A program made the translations under genes and the position numbers. Shown here in pieces: positions 40,698 to 51,153 of a stretch of DNA of 64,000 bases; within the stretch, counting starts at the first letter, position 1, and each line of letters begins with the position of its first letter. Source of the DNA: Burkholderiales bacterium. Its GTDB lineage: Bacteria > Pseudomonadota > Gammaproteobacteria > Burkholderiales > Burkholderiaceae_C. The DNA lies in contig CANBTT010000011.1 in the NCBI GenBank assembly GCA_947372465.1, positions 182 to 64,181 of the forward strand. Reading direction: 5' to 3'. The notes under the pieces were generated by a model that worked only from the letters and a program-made list of their open reading frames with translations, did not search any database and was not told where the DNA came from.

Positions 40698-41813
40698 ATG
40701 CATTTGGTGGACATGACCTCTTTATCGATGAAAACCATAGAAACTCCTATTCCAGCTGACCAACCCATGCCACACCGCAAGGTGATTCGTGAGTGGCTTG
40801 TCCCTTTGTCTGAACGCACAACCATTTCTGCGATTTTTTTATTGATTCTAGATTTGAGTGTCTGGGCCTTGTTTTTAGCCGGCACCGTGGTTTTTCAAGC
40901 TTGGTGGGCCAAATTGATCTGCGCAATTGGTGCGGGCTTTACGATTGGGCGACTTTTCATCATTGGCCATGATGCGTGTCATCAAAGTTTAACGCCGCAC
41001 CGGAATTTGAATAAGTGGATAGGACGAATCGCTTTTTTGCCCTCACTCACGCCATACAGCCTATGGGATATTGGCCACAATGTGGTTCATCACGGATATA
41101 CCAATTTGAAAGGTTTTGACTTTGTCTGGGCCCCTTTGACAAAGGATGAGTTCCAAGCGCTGAGTCCTGTACAAAAAATGCTTGATCGTGTTTACAGGAG
41201 TGGTTGGGCGCCTGGTTTGTATTACATGATTGAAATTTGGTGGAACAAGATGTTTTTCCCCAATAAAAAGAACATGCCAACAAGAAGACCCATTTTTATC
41301 AAGGACAACTTGCTTGTGAGCGCATTTGGTCTATTGTGGTTGACAGCGCTTTATGGTGTTGCCCAAGTGACGGATCAATCTTTTTGGTTTTTGGGTTTGT
41401 TTTTTGTTTTGATCCCATTTCTATTTTGGTGCGCCATGATTGGATTTGTGGTTTATGTGCACCACACCCATGTGAAAGTTTCTTGGCACGATGATCGTGC
41501 AGCTTGGTCGAAAGCACAACCCTTTGTATCAACCACAGTGCATCTGACGTTTCCCTTTAACATTGGGGCTTTGATGCACCACATCATGGAACACACCGCG
41601 CACCATGTTGACATGAGCATTCCACTCTACAAATTGAAGTCGGCACAATCTAAGTTAGAAACCATGTTGCCAGAGAGAATCATTGTTCAGCCTTTCTCTT
41701 GGTCCTGGTACTTTGAGACGGCAAAAAATTGTAAATTGTACGATTTCAGCCAGCGGTGCTGGACAGATTATCAAGGCCATGCAACCTCTACCTCTGCACC
41801 GTTGCCTATTTAA
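40698..41813 (+). CDS. membrane fatty-acid desaturase family protein
   Basis: Three His boxes (HDACH, HNVVHH, HTAHH) and four or more TM segments. The start is uncertain: ATGs at 40698, 40713 and 40728 are all possible. Confidence 0.8.
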   Translation: MHLVDMTSLSMKTIETPIPADQPMPHRKVIREWLVPLSERTTISAIFLLILDLSVWALFLAGTVVFQAWWAKLICAIGAGFTIGRLFIIGHDACHQSLTPHRNLNKWIGRIAFLPSLTPYSLWDIGHNVVHHGYTNLKGFDFVWAPLTKDEFQALSPVQKMLDRVYRSGWAPGLYYMIEIWWNKMFFPNKKNMPTRRPIFIKDNLLVSAFGLLWLTALYGVAQVTDQSFWFLGLFFVLIPFLFWCAMIGFVVYVHHTHVKVSWHDDRAAWSKAQPFVSTTVHLTFPFNIGALMHHIMEHTAHHVDMSIPLYKLKSAQSKLETMLPERIIVQPFSWSWYFETAKNCKLYDFSQRCWTDYQGHATSTSAPLPI

Positions 41814-41832
41814 TAAAGCTTAAAAACAAAAG

Positions 41833-41881
41833 AGAGCTGTCACATGTACGAATTGATCGTGCATGTGACAGCTCTTTTTTT
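41833..41881. terminator. bidirectional rho-independent terminator
   Basis: A perfect 14-bp stem AGAGCTGTCACATG / CATGTGACAGCTCT with a 15-nt loop. A T7 run lies on the plus strand and an A-rich run upstream. It sits between the convergent desaturase and pgk genes. Confidence 0.85.
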
Positions 41882-41925
41882 ATCCAATGGCATCATTGAT
41901 GGCTAGTGCACTGCCCAAGAGAAAG

Positions 41926-43122
41926 CTACTGGGTATTTGCTCGTTTAGCAAGGATCTCAAACGCTGGGAGTGTTTTACCTTCTAAGACCTCGAGAAAAGC
42001 ACCGCCGCCTGTGGAGATGTAGTCAATCTGATCCGTAAGGCCATATTTTGAGATGGCAGCCAATGTATCCCCGCCGCCAGCGAGGCTAAATGCGGTGGAT
42101 TGCGCAATGGCCTGCGCAACACCCTGTGTGCCGTGAGAAAAAGCCTCAAATTCAAAGACGCCAACGGGGCCGTTCCAAACGATGGTTCCCGCCTTTAAAA
42201 GTTGTGAGGCGAGATGAGCTGTACTTTCGGGTCCAATGTCCAAAATCAACTCATCGCTTTTGACGTCTTTGGAGTTTTTCGTTGTGGCGACGGCATCAGG
42301 GGCGAATGACGTTGAAACAACCACATCGCTGGGAATGGGGACTTCTGCTCCACGCGCTCTCATCTCTGCGATGACACGTTTTGCATCCTCCACCAAGTCA
42401 GGCTCACACAAACTCTTCCCAATGGGTAAGCCACTTGCTAGCATGAAGGTGTTGGCAATTCCCCCACCGACAATCAATTGATCGACTTTGGTGGAGAGAG
42501 ATTTAAGAATGGTGAGTTTTGTAGAAACCTTGGATCCAGCCACAATAGCAGCAAGAGGCCTCTTGGGAGCAGAAAGCGCTTTGGTGATGGCCTCTATTTC
42601 AGCCGATAACAAGGGACCCGCACAAGCAATCTTGACAAACTGGGCAATGCCATAAGTACTGCATTCAGCCCGGTGAGCTGTCCCAAAAGCGTCGTGCACA
42701 AAAATATCACAAAGTGCAGCCATCTTTTTTGACAAAGTGGGATCGTTTGCCTTTTCACCAGGATTGAAACGACAGTTCTCTAGCAGCACGACCTCACCAC
42801 TTTGTAAGTTAACGCCATTGATCCAATCTTTTAAAAGTGGCACAGGGCGATGAAGCAACTCACTCATTCGAGTGGCAACGGGTAACAAGGAGTCAGCCTC
42901 GCTCCAAAGACCTTCTTTTGGGCGCCCCAAGTGGCTGCTGACCATCACGACTGCGCCAGCTTCAATGGCCATTTGAATACAAGGTAGGGACGCTTTGATG
43001 CGGGTGTCGTCTGTAATGGCGCCCCCATTGTCTTGAGGGACATTGAGGTCTGCTCTGATAAAAACACGTTGGTTTTTGACAAGGCCTTTTTGGCAAAGAT
43101 CAGTAAATCTAATAAAGTTCAT
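41926..43122 (-). CDS. pgk: phosphoglycerate kinase
   Basis: [16 protein letters not shown] and [11 protein letters not shown] motifs. The ATG at 43122 (MNFIRFTDL...) was chosen. Confidence 0.95.
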   Translation of the reverse strand: MNFIRFTDLCQKGLVKNQRVFIRADLNVPQDNGGAITDDTRIKASLPCIQMAIEAGAVVMVSSHLGRPKEGLWSEADSLLPVATRMSELLHRPVPLLKDWINGVNLQSGEVVLLENCRFNPGEKANDPTLSKKMAALCDIFVHDAFGTAHRAECSTYGIAQFVKIACAGPLLSAEIEAITKALSAPKRPLAAIVAGSKVSTKLTILKSLSTKVDQLIVGGGIANTFMLASGLPIGKSLCEPDLVEDAKRVIAEMRARGAEVPIPSDVVVSTSFAPDAVATTKNSKDVKSDELILDIGPESTAHLASQLLKAGTIVWNGPVGVFEFEAFSHGTQGVAQAIAQSTAFSLAGGGDTLAAISKYGLTDQIDYISTGGGAFLEVLEGKTLPAFEILAKRANTQ

Positions 43123-43273
43123 ATGACGGATGGGCGCAGGAATAAGAGAGAGTGAAAACGCCAAAGACTGTTTGATCATTCTTTGGTGCTTTGACAGAGA
43201 TTTTAACTCTCAAAAAAACGAAAGAAAGCGGCCCGCATCGCAAGGGTGTTCCCCTAGTCGAAAGTTGAAGGTG

Positions 43274-43612
43274 TCAAATATCAAAAATCAAATGTAGCGG
43301 TAGATAAACAAATAGGCCCAATAAGATGATGTGCAAAACACTTGGCGAGTGCTTTCTTTGGAAGTAAAAATACATGACACAACATGAACTGGCTATGAGT
43401 TTGGCATTCCAAAGAGAAGCAATGAAATGGTGATCTAAAACAAATACTTCAGGTGCAATGACAGCAGACAGGGCGGCAATGGGTGCGAAAACCAAAGCCC
43501 TATCGAGCCAGGCAGGTAACTTAAAAGACTCATTGGCAAATAAAAAGAATGCACGGGTAAGTAGGGTTACAAGTGACATGCCAAGGATTGAAAAAAAATG
43601 ATAGGTATCCAT
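43274..43612 (-). CDS. azlD: branched-chain amino acid transport protein AzlD
   Basis: 112-aa hydrophobic protein (MSLVTLLTRAFFLF...) starting 1 nt after the azlC stop. Confidence 0.7.
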   Translation of the reverse strand: MDTYHFFSILGMSLVTLLTRAFFLFANESFKLPAWLDRALVFAPIAALSAVIAPEVFVLDHHFIASLWNAKLIASSCCVMYFYFQRKHSPSVLHIILLGLFVYLPLHLIFDI

Positions 43613-43613
43613 T

Positions 43614-44375
43614 TTAAGGTTTGGCCTTTGAGCGCTTGTCCTTCGGAGCGGTTTCGTTCGAGCTGTACAAAGCCAATTGATCACAAATGGCAATGGAAAT
43701 TAAGATACCAAATAAAACATTTAAATTAAAGGGCAAGTCAATGAAACAGATGGCAAGCACCGCAGACAATGACGCTGCTAGGAAACGAAGTTGGGTTGTA
43801 ACCAGTGTCATGGAGATACCCAGCAAAGCCAGCAAACCTGCAAACCCTAAGCCCCATTGAACAGGTATGAATTGCGTTAGTAAAATGCCAAAAAGACTTC
43901 CAGTCATCCAACTCAGCCAATTGATCGCATTGCTGCCAGATAGGTAAGCTTGTTGAGCAGCAGCGCCTTCTCGATCAGCCGATTGTGCTGGCTGCGGAAA
44001 GCGTTTTACAAACTGAACATAACTGATGTCAGCGGTAAAGTAACCGCACATCACTCGGTACCAACGAGATTGGCCCTTTAGATAGTTTCTCAGGTGTGCA
44101 CTAAAGACGACAAAACGCAAATTCACACAAAATGCGGTAGCCAAGATCACCCATATAGGCGCATGAGCAGACAAAAGTGGCAAGGCCGCCAACTGAGAGC
44201 TTCCAGCAAAAACCAAAAATGTCATCATCAGCGATTCTGGGTAGTTCATGCCAGAGTTGATCATTGCAACACCCGTCATCAAGCCCCAAGTGAATATGCC
44301 TATGCAAGCAGGTAAGAGATCCATGACACCCTCCCGGAAATGAGGATGTGTGAAATTTCTACTCAAGAAAAACAT
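43614..44375 (-). CDS. azlC: branched-chain amino acid exporter AzlC family protein
   Basis: Polytopic protein with the FAGSSQLAALPLL motif of AzlC. The start is either 44375 or the internal ATG at 44324. Confidence 0.8.
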   Translation of the reverse strand: MFFLSRNFTHPHFREGVMDLLPACIGIFTWGLMTGVAMINSGMNYPESLMMTFLVFAGSSQLAALPLLSAHAPIWVILATAFCVNLRFVVFSAHLRNYLKGQSRWYRVMCGYFTADISYVQFVKRFPQPAQSADREGAAAQQAYLSGSNAINWLSWMTGSLFGILLTQFIPVQWGLGFAGLLALLGISMTLVTTQLRFLAASLSAVLAICFIDLPFNLNVLFGILISIAICDQLALYSSNETAPKDKRSKAKP

Positions 44376-45325
44376 GAGCCCACAGGGATCGGTTTTCCCT
44401 TTAACAATTCAGAGAGGGGCATTTTTTTGTGGCCCGCCCTTTGCAATTGGGTGATCCTAAGTAAACCCTCTTGACATTGAACATCGATGGCGTCGTTGTT
44501 GACGCTGACGACACAGCCGTTGGGTGCGCTGTTGGCAAGACCATTGAAATCGGACTCTATGGCATGAGCATGCCAAACCTTAAAAGTTTCATTTTCAAGT
44601 TGTGAGCTGGCGCCAGGGGATGGATTGAGTCCAAGAACTTGTCGTTGCAACACTTTGGAAGATTTGTTCCAATCGAGAATAGATTCCTCTTTGGTAATTT
44701 TATGAGCATAACTGGCCAGTGCATGGATTTGAGGAGTGGGTTTAAGATCATCAATATGTTCAATGGCTTTTATGATCAATTCCCCTCCCATCTTGGACAG
44801 TTTTTCAAGTAAATTGGCTGTGGTCTCTAGGGGGTCGATCGAAATGCTTTGGGAGAGCAACACGTCGCCCGTATCTAGACCCTCATCCATTTGCATGATA
44901 CAAATGCCAGTCTCAGCATCGCCTGCCATAACTGCTCGGTGAATGGGCGCAGCGCCTCTCCATTGGGGTAGCAACGAAGCGTGGATATTAAGGCAACCAT
45001 ATTTGGTTGCTTGAAGGACCCAGTGGGGCAAAATCAAGCCATATGCAGCCACGATCACAAGATCAGCTTTGAGCGAGGAAATTTTCTCCTTGGCTTGATT
45101 TGCTTCATCTGCAAACTTGCCGTCTAATTTGAGCCCTTGGGGCTGAAAAATTGGAAGAGATTGCTCGAGTGCATATTTTTTCACACTTGAAGCCTGCAAT
45201 TTAAGGCCGCGGCCTGCAGGTCGATCGGGTTGGGTCAAGACCAAAACAAGTTCATGGCCAGCAAGATAAATTTGCTCTAGGGCTATTTTTGCAAACTCTG
45301 GCGTTCCGGCGAAAATGATTCGCAT
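44363..45325 (-). CDS. fmt: methionyl-tRNA formyltransferase
   Basis: MRIIFAGTPEFA and NIHASLLPQWRGAAPI motifs. It lies directly downstream of def. Confidence 0.93.
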   Translation of the reverse strand: MRIIFAGTPEFAKIALEQIYLAGHELVLVLTQPDRPAGRGLKLQASSVKKYALEQSLPIFQPQGLKLDGKFADEANQAKEKISSLKADLVIVAAYGLILPHWVLQATKYGCLNIHASLLPQWRGAAPIHRAVMAGDAETGICIMQMDEGLDTGDVLLSQSISIDPLETTANLLEKLSKMGGELIIKAIEHIDDLKPTPQIHALASYAHKITKEESILDWNKSSKVLQRQVLGLNPSPGASSQLENETFKVWHAHAIESDFNGLANSAPNGCVVSVNNDAIDVQCQEGLLRITQLQRAGHKKMPLSELLKGKPIPVGSCFS

Positions 45326-45327
45326 GC

Positions 45328-45840
45328 TCAGGACCGATCTACTTCTCGTTGAGCTTTGAGGAGTTTTGTCCTGATTCTGTTTCGTTTTAGGCTTGAAAGG
45401 TAATCAACAAAAACCTTCCCCTCAAGATGGTCGATTTCATGTTGAATACAAATAGACAAAAGATCTTGTGCCTCGAGCATTTTTCTTTCACCTCGCTCAT
45501 CAAGGAACTCAACATTAATTCCTTTTGCGCGCTCAATGCCATCAAAAATCCCAGGAACTGACAAGCAGCCCTCGTCAGCGCGAATGATCTCAGTGCTGTA
45601 CTTGATAATTGTCGGATTGATCAAAACCATTGGATTGGACGAGTCTTCCGAGATATCGATCACAATGAGACGCTCATGGTGATTTACCTGGGTGGCGGCA
45701 AGTCCAATGCCCTTGGATTCGTACATGGTCTCAAACATATCTTTGATGAGCCGTTGATGATGCTCTCCAATGCTGGAGATCGGTTGCGCGACGGTATGAA
45801 GGCGCGGATCTGGGTAACAAAGAATAGGAAGTAGTGCCAT
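45328..45840 (-). CDS. def: peptide deformylase
   Basis: GIGLAATQV, EGCLSVPG and QHEIDHLEG metal-binding motifs. The ATG at 45840 (MALLPIL...) was chosen. Confidence 0.93.
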   Translation of the reverse strand: MALLPILCYPDPRLHTVAQPISSIGEHHQRLIKDMFETMYESKGIGLAATQVNHHERLIVIDISEDSSNPMVLINPTIIKYSTEIIRADEGCLSVPGIFDGIERAKGINVEFLDERGERKMLEAQDLLSICIQHEIDHLEGKVFVDYLSSLKRNRIRTKLLKAQREVDRS

Positions 45841-45972
45841 CAGGATATTGTCCACGGTTTTTGAAAAAAATTCAAAAATTGAAGAAAATGGTGCAAAATA
45901 GGGTTGTCCTTGCAAAGGATAGGAATCATTTTAATAGGTCCCACGGGCCCATAAAAGAGGTATATTGAGAAC

Positions 45973-46467
45973 ATGTTTGAAGTACTCGTATATGTCTACG
46001 AAAATTACTGGCGGGGAGATGCGTGTCCGGAACTTGGACACCTGGGGCGAAAGTTAAGTGCGGTAGGATTTGAGCGCGATGAAATAGAGCAAGCCTTGCA
46101 ATGGCTTGCTGGATTGAGCTTGGCCTCCACTCGTACAGAATTGATTGACATCAAGCATCACCAGGCTCACCTTGATTCAAGTTCAAGGGCGCAGTCTCTG
46201 AACAGCTTAAGAGTCTACTCCGTGGCTGAACAAGATCATTTAGGCGCTGACAGCTTAGGATTTGTGACTTTTTTAGAGTCTGCTCAAGTCCTCCCAGCAC
46301 ACATGAGAGAAATTGTCATTGATCGAGCCATGGCTGTTCCTGGACGGCCAGTAAGCATTGATGACTTAAAAATAATTGTTTTAATGGTTTACTGGAGCAT
46401 TGGCTTGGAGCCTGATGCGTTAATTTTGGACGAATTGTGCGACGATACCGATCGCGTCGCACACTGA
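45973..46467 (+). CDS. smg: Smg (DUF494) protein
   Basis: MFEVLVYVYENYW...ELGHLGRKLSAVGFERDEIEQALQWL is the characteristic Smg N-terminus. Confidence 0.85.
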   Translation: MFEVLVYVYENYWRGDACPELGHLGRKLSAVGFERDEIEQALQWLAGLSLASTRTELIDIKHHQAHLDSSSRAQSLNSLRVYSVAEQDHLGADSLGFVTFLESAQVLPAHMREIVIDRAMAVPGRPVSIDDLKIIVLMVYWSIGLEPDALILDELCDDTDRVAH

Positions 46468-46486
46468 GCGAGTACATTTTAAGAGA

Positions 46487-47437
46487 TCAAACAACAGCGC
46501 CAGAATTGGGGTCATCAGGGTTGACCTCATTTTTGCCAGGCTTCATCAAATCCTCGCGTTGTATGCCAAGCCACATTGCAATGGCAGCCGCAACAAAAAC
46601 GGAGGAGTAAATGCCAAACAAGATGCCAATGGTTAAGGCCAAGGCAAAATAATGAAGCGTGGGCCCACCAAATAAAAGCATGGAAAGAACCATAAGTTGA
46701 GTACAACCGTGCGTGATGATTGTCCTGCTCATGGTGGATGTAATGGCATTGTCGATAATTTCTGTTGTAGACATTTTTCTGTAACGTCTAAAATTCTCTC
46801 GAATACGGTCAAAAATAACCACCGACTCATTGACAGAGTAGCCTAAAACAGCCAAAACAGCTGCCAAAACTGGAAGAGAGAACTCCCACTGGAAAAAGGC
46901 AAAAAACCCCAAAATGATGATGACGTCATGCAAATTGGCAACGATGGCCGCAACTGAGAACTTCCATTCAAAGCGGACCGCTAAATAAAGCATGATGCCA
47001 ACAACGACAAATGCGAGGGCTTTTAGGCCATCAACGGCCAGCTCATCGCCAACTTGAGGGCCAACGAATTCTGTTCTTCTCAGTTGGGCGCTAGCATCTG
47101 CCTGTTGAAGAGCGGCAATAACGCTGTCGTTTTGACTGGCTGCACCAACACCTTTGCTTGCAGGTAGACGTATCAATATATCACTTGAGGTGCCAAAATT
47201 TTGAACCTGAACATCCTTAAAGCCTAGGGATTCAATTTTATTGCGAGCTTGGTTGAGGTCCACGGCATGAGGATAACTCACCTCCATCAATGTTCCACCC
47301 GTAAACTCGACTGAGAGATTGAGTCCTTTAGAAATCAGGAAAAAAACGGCCAAGAAAAAAGTGATGAAAGAAACCAAGTTAAACGCCAGTGCATGACGCA
47401 TAAAAGGAATATCTTTTTTGATTTTAAAAAATTCCAT
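46487..47437 (-). CDS. secF: protein translocase subunit SecF
   Basis: LSVEFTGGT, ANLHDVIIILG and YSVNESVVIFDRIREN blocks. It lies downstream of secD. Confidence 0.93.
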   Translation of the reverse strand: MEFFKIKKDIPFMRHALAFNLVSFITFFLAVFFLISKGLNLSVEFTGGTLMEVSYPHAVDLNQARNKIESLGFKDVQVQNFGTSSDILIRLPASKGVGAASQNDSVIAALQQADASAQLRRTEFVGPQVGDELAVDGLKALAFVVVGIMLYLAVRFEWKFSVAAIVANLHDVIIILGFFAFFQWEFSLPVLAAVLAVLGYSVNESVVIFDRIRENFRRYRKMSTTEIIDNAITSTMSRTIITHGCTQLMVLSMLLFGGPTLHYFALALTIGILFGIYSSVFVAAAIAMWLGIQREDLMKPGKNEVNPDDPNSGAVV

Positions 47438-47454
47438 GTTTGTGAACCTATCAA

Positions 47455-49344
47455 TTATTGTTCGGAGCTAACTTTTTGACCGCTTGATTCAGGTCGCCAT
47501 ACGGTTCCAATAGAGACAGTTTGTAATCTTTTTTGGCGTCCATACCAAAAGTTGACCAAGCCTCTTGAGAAAAACACAGAAGAGAACATGCTGGTCAAAA
47601 TGCCCAAGCAATGAACGACGGCAAATCCTCTTACAGGACCAGATCCAAATGCCAAAAGTGCCAAACCGGCAATCAATGTTGTGACATTGGAATCCAAAAT
47701 TGTGGCCCAAGCCCTGTCATATCCAGCATGGATTGCTGCTTGAGGTGAAATACCCAAGCGCAACTCTTCACGAACACGTTCGTTGATCAAGACATTTGCA
47801 TCAATGGCCATACCAAGAACCAAAGCCATTGCAGCCATGCCTGGAAGGGTTAAGGTGGCTTGAAGCATGGATAAAAGCGCAACCAATAAAAGCAAGTTCA
47901 CAGCGAGCGCAATGCTCGAGAAAAAGCCAAACAACATGTAGTAAAGGATCATGAAAGCCGTAACGCCTACGAATCCCCACGTCACGCTGTTAAAGCCTTT
48001 TTCGATATTTTCAGCCCCAAGGCTGGGTCCAATCGTTCGTTCCTCAATGATTTCCATTGGGGCAGCCAAAGAGCCTGCTCTTAGCAAAAGTGCAACGTCA
48101 TTGGCCTCGACTGTATTCATGCGACCAGAAATTTGAACTCGACCGCCACCAATTTCAGAGCGAATGACTGGCGCGGTAACGACTTCACCTTTTCCCTTTT
48201 CGAAGATCAAGATGGCCATTCGTTTGCCAATATTTTCACGAGTAACATCGCGGAAAATTCGAGCCCCTTTGGCATCAAGAGTTAGGTGAACAGCCGCCTC
48301 TTGTGTTTGATTATCAAAGCCGGGCTGAGCATCGGTAAGATTTTCGCCGGTAAGAAGAACCTGCTTTTTAACCACAACCGCTTGGCCTGTTCTTTCTAAG
48401 AATCTTTCGTCACCAAATGGAACGATTGAAGTTGTACTAAGTTCAGCTGCTCGAGCATCACTGGAGTCGTCAACAAGGCGAATTTCTAGGGTGGCCGTTC
48501 GTCCTAAAATATCCTTGGCCTTCGCAGTATCTTGAACGCCGGGAAGTTGGACAACGATTCGGTCAAGACCTTGTTGTTGAATCACGGGCTCAGCGACGCC
48601 CAACTCGTTGATTCGGTTGTGCAAAGTGGTGATATTTTGTTTCAAGGCTTGTTGTTGAACTTTTCGGGCCGCTTCAGGTTTAAGACTTAAAGATAGAAGT
48701 GAGTCTGTTCCTAGTGTTTTTTCGACAGCAATTACATCAGGCCATTGATCAAGGATCAATGATTTTGCTGCCAATAATGTCGGCATATCCCTGAACAAAA
48801 TGTCAACACCCTGATCATTGCGATTGATCCCTGCGTGTCGAAGATTTTTCTCCCTCAATTGAGAGCGCAAGTCACCAGCAATTGATTCTGCCTTCTTTGT
48901 CAAAGCAGCCTGCATATCGACTTGAAGCATGAAATGGACGCCACCTCTCAAATCCAAACCCAAATACATGGGTGAGGCATGAAAAGCCGTAAGCCAATTG
49001 GGTGATCTTGAAACGAGGTTCAATGCAATGACATAAGAGGGATTGGCCAAATTAGGATTCAATGCCGCTTGCAATGCATCTTTGGCTTTGAGTTGTTCCT
49101 CGCTAGAATTTACTCGAATCTTAAAGCTATTGGGCTCATAGGTGCTTGCCAAAGGGGAAATAGAAATACCCTTTAGGACGGTCTCAACTTGAGTTTGAAT
49201 GTCTGGAGAAAGTCTTTGACCGGATTTGGCACTGGAAATTTGAACGGCTGGAGATTCGCCAAAAAAATTGGGCAAAGTGTAAAGCGCGCCAATCAATAAA
49301 GCAACAGCGATGGTCAAATACTTCCAAATTGAGTAACGATTCAT
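47455..49344 (-). CDS. secD: protein translocase subunit SecD
   Basis: 629 aa with LGLDLRGGVHF, a periplasmic P1 domain and the GMAIDANVLINERVREE transmembrane block. Confidence 0.93.
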   Translation of the reverse strand: MNRYSIWKYLTIAVALLIGALYTLPNFFGESPAVQISSAKSGQRLSPDIQTQVETVLKGISISPLASTYEPNSFKIRVNSSEEQLKAKDALQAALNPNLANPSYVIALNLVSRSPNWLTAFHASPMYLGLDLRGGVHFMLQVDMQAALTKKAESIAGDLRSQLREKNLRHAGINRNDQGVDILFRDMPTLLAAKSLILDQWPDVIAVEKTLGTDSLLSLSLKPEAARKVQQQALKQNITTLHNRINELGVAEPVIQQQGLDRIVVQLPGVQDTAKAKDILGRTATLEIRLVDDSSDARAAELSTTSIVPFGDERFLERTGQAVVVKKQVLLTGENLTDAQPGFDNQTQEAAVHLTLDAKGARIFRDVTRENIGKRMAILIFEKGKGEVVTAPVIRSEIGGGRVQISGRMNTVEANDVALLLRAGSLAAPMEIIEERTIGPSLGAENIEKGFNSVTWGFVGVTAFMILYYMLFGFFSSIALAVNLLLLVALLSMLQATLTLPGMAAMALVLGMAIDANVLINERVREELRLGISPQAAIHAGYDRAWATILDSNVTTLIAGLALLAFGSGPVRGFAVVHCLGILTSMFSSVFFSRGLVNFWYGRQKRLQTVSIGTVWRPESSGQKVSSEQ

Positions 49345-49453
49345 TGAAATTCCAGTAGGAAATTAAACAGTGCGATACAAAACATTCAATTGAACAAATC
49401 GAATGCAGTGTTATTTTTTAAAAACTAGAGTGCTTAAGGAATTGCAAGCAAAA

Positions 49454-49792
49454 TCAAACAGACTTGAGTGTCCCCTTGGGTAGAACTTGAGAAATGGAAG
49501 AGCGCTGAATTTGAATCTCAACACCTTTAGAAACTTCTAATTTCGCGTAATTGTCCTCAAGTGCCGTGATTCGACCTAAAAAACCACCTGCTGTGCTTAC
49601 TTCATCACCTTTGCTTAAAGCGTCCAGCATGGTTTTGTGTTCTTTTTGTCTTTTCATTTGTGGCCGAATCATCACAAAATAAAGCACAACAAACATCAAT
49701 AGCAGGGGAAGCATGCCTGTAAGTGAAGAGGAAAGATCAGTTGCAGTGGATGCTGCAGGTGCAGATTGAGCGTAAGCCGATGAGATAAACAA
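49454..49792 (-). CDS. yajC: preprotein translocase subunit YajC
   Basis: LLMFVVLYFVMIRPQMKRQKEH and KGDEVSTAGGFLGRI motifs. A TTG start lies 5 nt after an AGGAG Shine-Dalgarno. Confidence 0.88.
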   Translation of the reverse strand: MFISSAYAQSAPAASTATDLSSSLTGMLPLLLMFVVLYFVMIRPQMKRQKEHKTMLDALSKGDEVSTAGGFLGRITALEDNYAKLEVSKGVEIQIQRSSISQVLPKGTLKSV

Positions 49793-49959
49793 AGTGGTCT
49801 CCTAAAAATGAAATCAAAAAAACTTAGAATTTAATGTGACATATTGCAACAATAGAAATTCTCTTTTAAAAACGCTGAAAATTCAAAGTAAGGCAAAAGC
49901 ATAGATTGTATGCCTGTGAGTGCTTGAAAAATGAAACCAATGGGCGGAAATGAATAAGT

Positions 49960-51153
49960 TTATTGGCCAAAAGACCTGGGCAAAATGAGCCAAAGCTTTA
50001 AATTTTGTTTAATTTTGTTGGCAAATTCTCCTGATTGAGAACCAGATCCAGCAAAATAATCCGCTCTGATGGCACCATTGATTGCGTTACCCGTATCTTG
50101 GCTCAATGCCAATTGTTGCAACCGAGCACTGCCAGAGCTGTCTAGCCACAAGGGCATACCAAGGGGAATGCTTTTAGGGTCAACAGCAATAGAAAGATTC
50201 GCTTTAAGAGGTACGCCATGCGCCCCTAGAGGCCCGGAGGATGTGTCGGGCAAAGCAAACAGTGAAAAAAAGATATACCTTGGGTTGCTCCAAAAGGTTT
50301 CCCTTTCAATGCTGGGATTTTTTTGTAAAACATTGCGAATGCCCTGCCAGGAGGTATCTTTTGTCAGGCCTTGATCTAATAGCCATTTTGCAATGCTTTG
50401 ATAGGGTAAATCATTAGATGCGGCATAGCCAACTCTGTAATCTACCCATTGAGATGCAGCCGTTTCTACCCGTAAACGAGCCGAGCCTTGAACATGCAAG
50501 ATCATCACATCCAAAGGATCTTGTAGCCAAGCAATGGCGTGTTTCAGAAGATCTGCTTGGACATTGGGTAAAGTTTCAATCTCGCGCCTGGTCAACCAGG
50601 GTTGTCCAATTTTTTTGGCAGACAGCAAGCCAGGTGGTGCAGAGTAAATGGGAAAATTAAACGAATCGTGCTGAGTAAGCGAGGCAATAAATACAGGTTC
50701 AAAATAGCTGGTGAGCAGGCCAATGTCCTCACCTTCTAATGATTCAATTCGAAATGCCTGTAATTCACTCAGTATCCAAATTCGTTGATCTTGTTCGTCA
50801 GCGATCGTCATTGGCCGCATCTGCTTGCAAAGATCAACCCAAAGAGGATGTGGCTTTAAACAATTATCCAATAAGGCCGACCAAATAGAAGCGGTTGGCG
50901 TTTCACTAAAACCAGGTAGTTCGTTCCAATTGGAGGGTCTAAAACGGCTTTTCGAAGAAAAATAAAAGCTCTTTGCGGAGAAATCGACTTTTGAATCGTT
51001 GGCGTCGGCTTTATCTTTTAAAACAGTGTTGTCTTTCGCGATGGCGAGAGGAGGTGGGTGATTTAGTCGATCAGTATGATTGGCGCAGGAGAGCAAAGAA
51101 CTTAAAATAGTCAAAGCACAAAAAATTTTAAAGCGAGTACAAGTAAACGTCAT
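49960..51153 (-). CDS. mltA: membrane-bound lytic murein transglycosylase A (MltA) lipoprotein
   Basis: Lipobox LLSC, an MltA domain and a C-terminal 3D-domain block QDTGNAINGAIRADYFAGSG. Confidence 0.85.
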   Translation of the reverse strand: MTFTCTRFKIFCALTILSSLLSCANHTDRLNHPPPLAIAKDNTVLKDKADANDSKVDFSAKSFYFSSKSRFRPSNWNELPGFSETPTASIWSALLDNCLKPHPLWVDLCKQMRPMTIADEQDQRIWILSELQAFRIESLEGEDIGLLTSYFEPVFIASLTQHDSFNFPIYSAPPGLLSAKKIGQPWLTRREIETLPNVQADLLKHAIAWLQDPLDVMILHVQGSARLRVETAASQWVDYRVGYAASNDLPYQSIAKWLLDQGLTKDTSWQGIRNVLQKNPSIERETFWSNPRYIFFSLFALPDTSSGPLGAHGVPLKANLSIAVDPKSIPLGMPLWLDSSGSARLQQLALSQDTGNAINGAIRADYFAGSGSQSGEFANKIKQNLKLWLILPRSFGQ

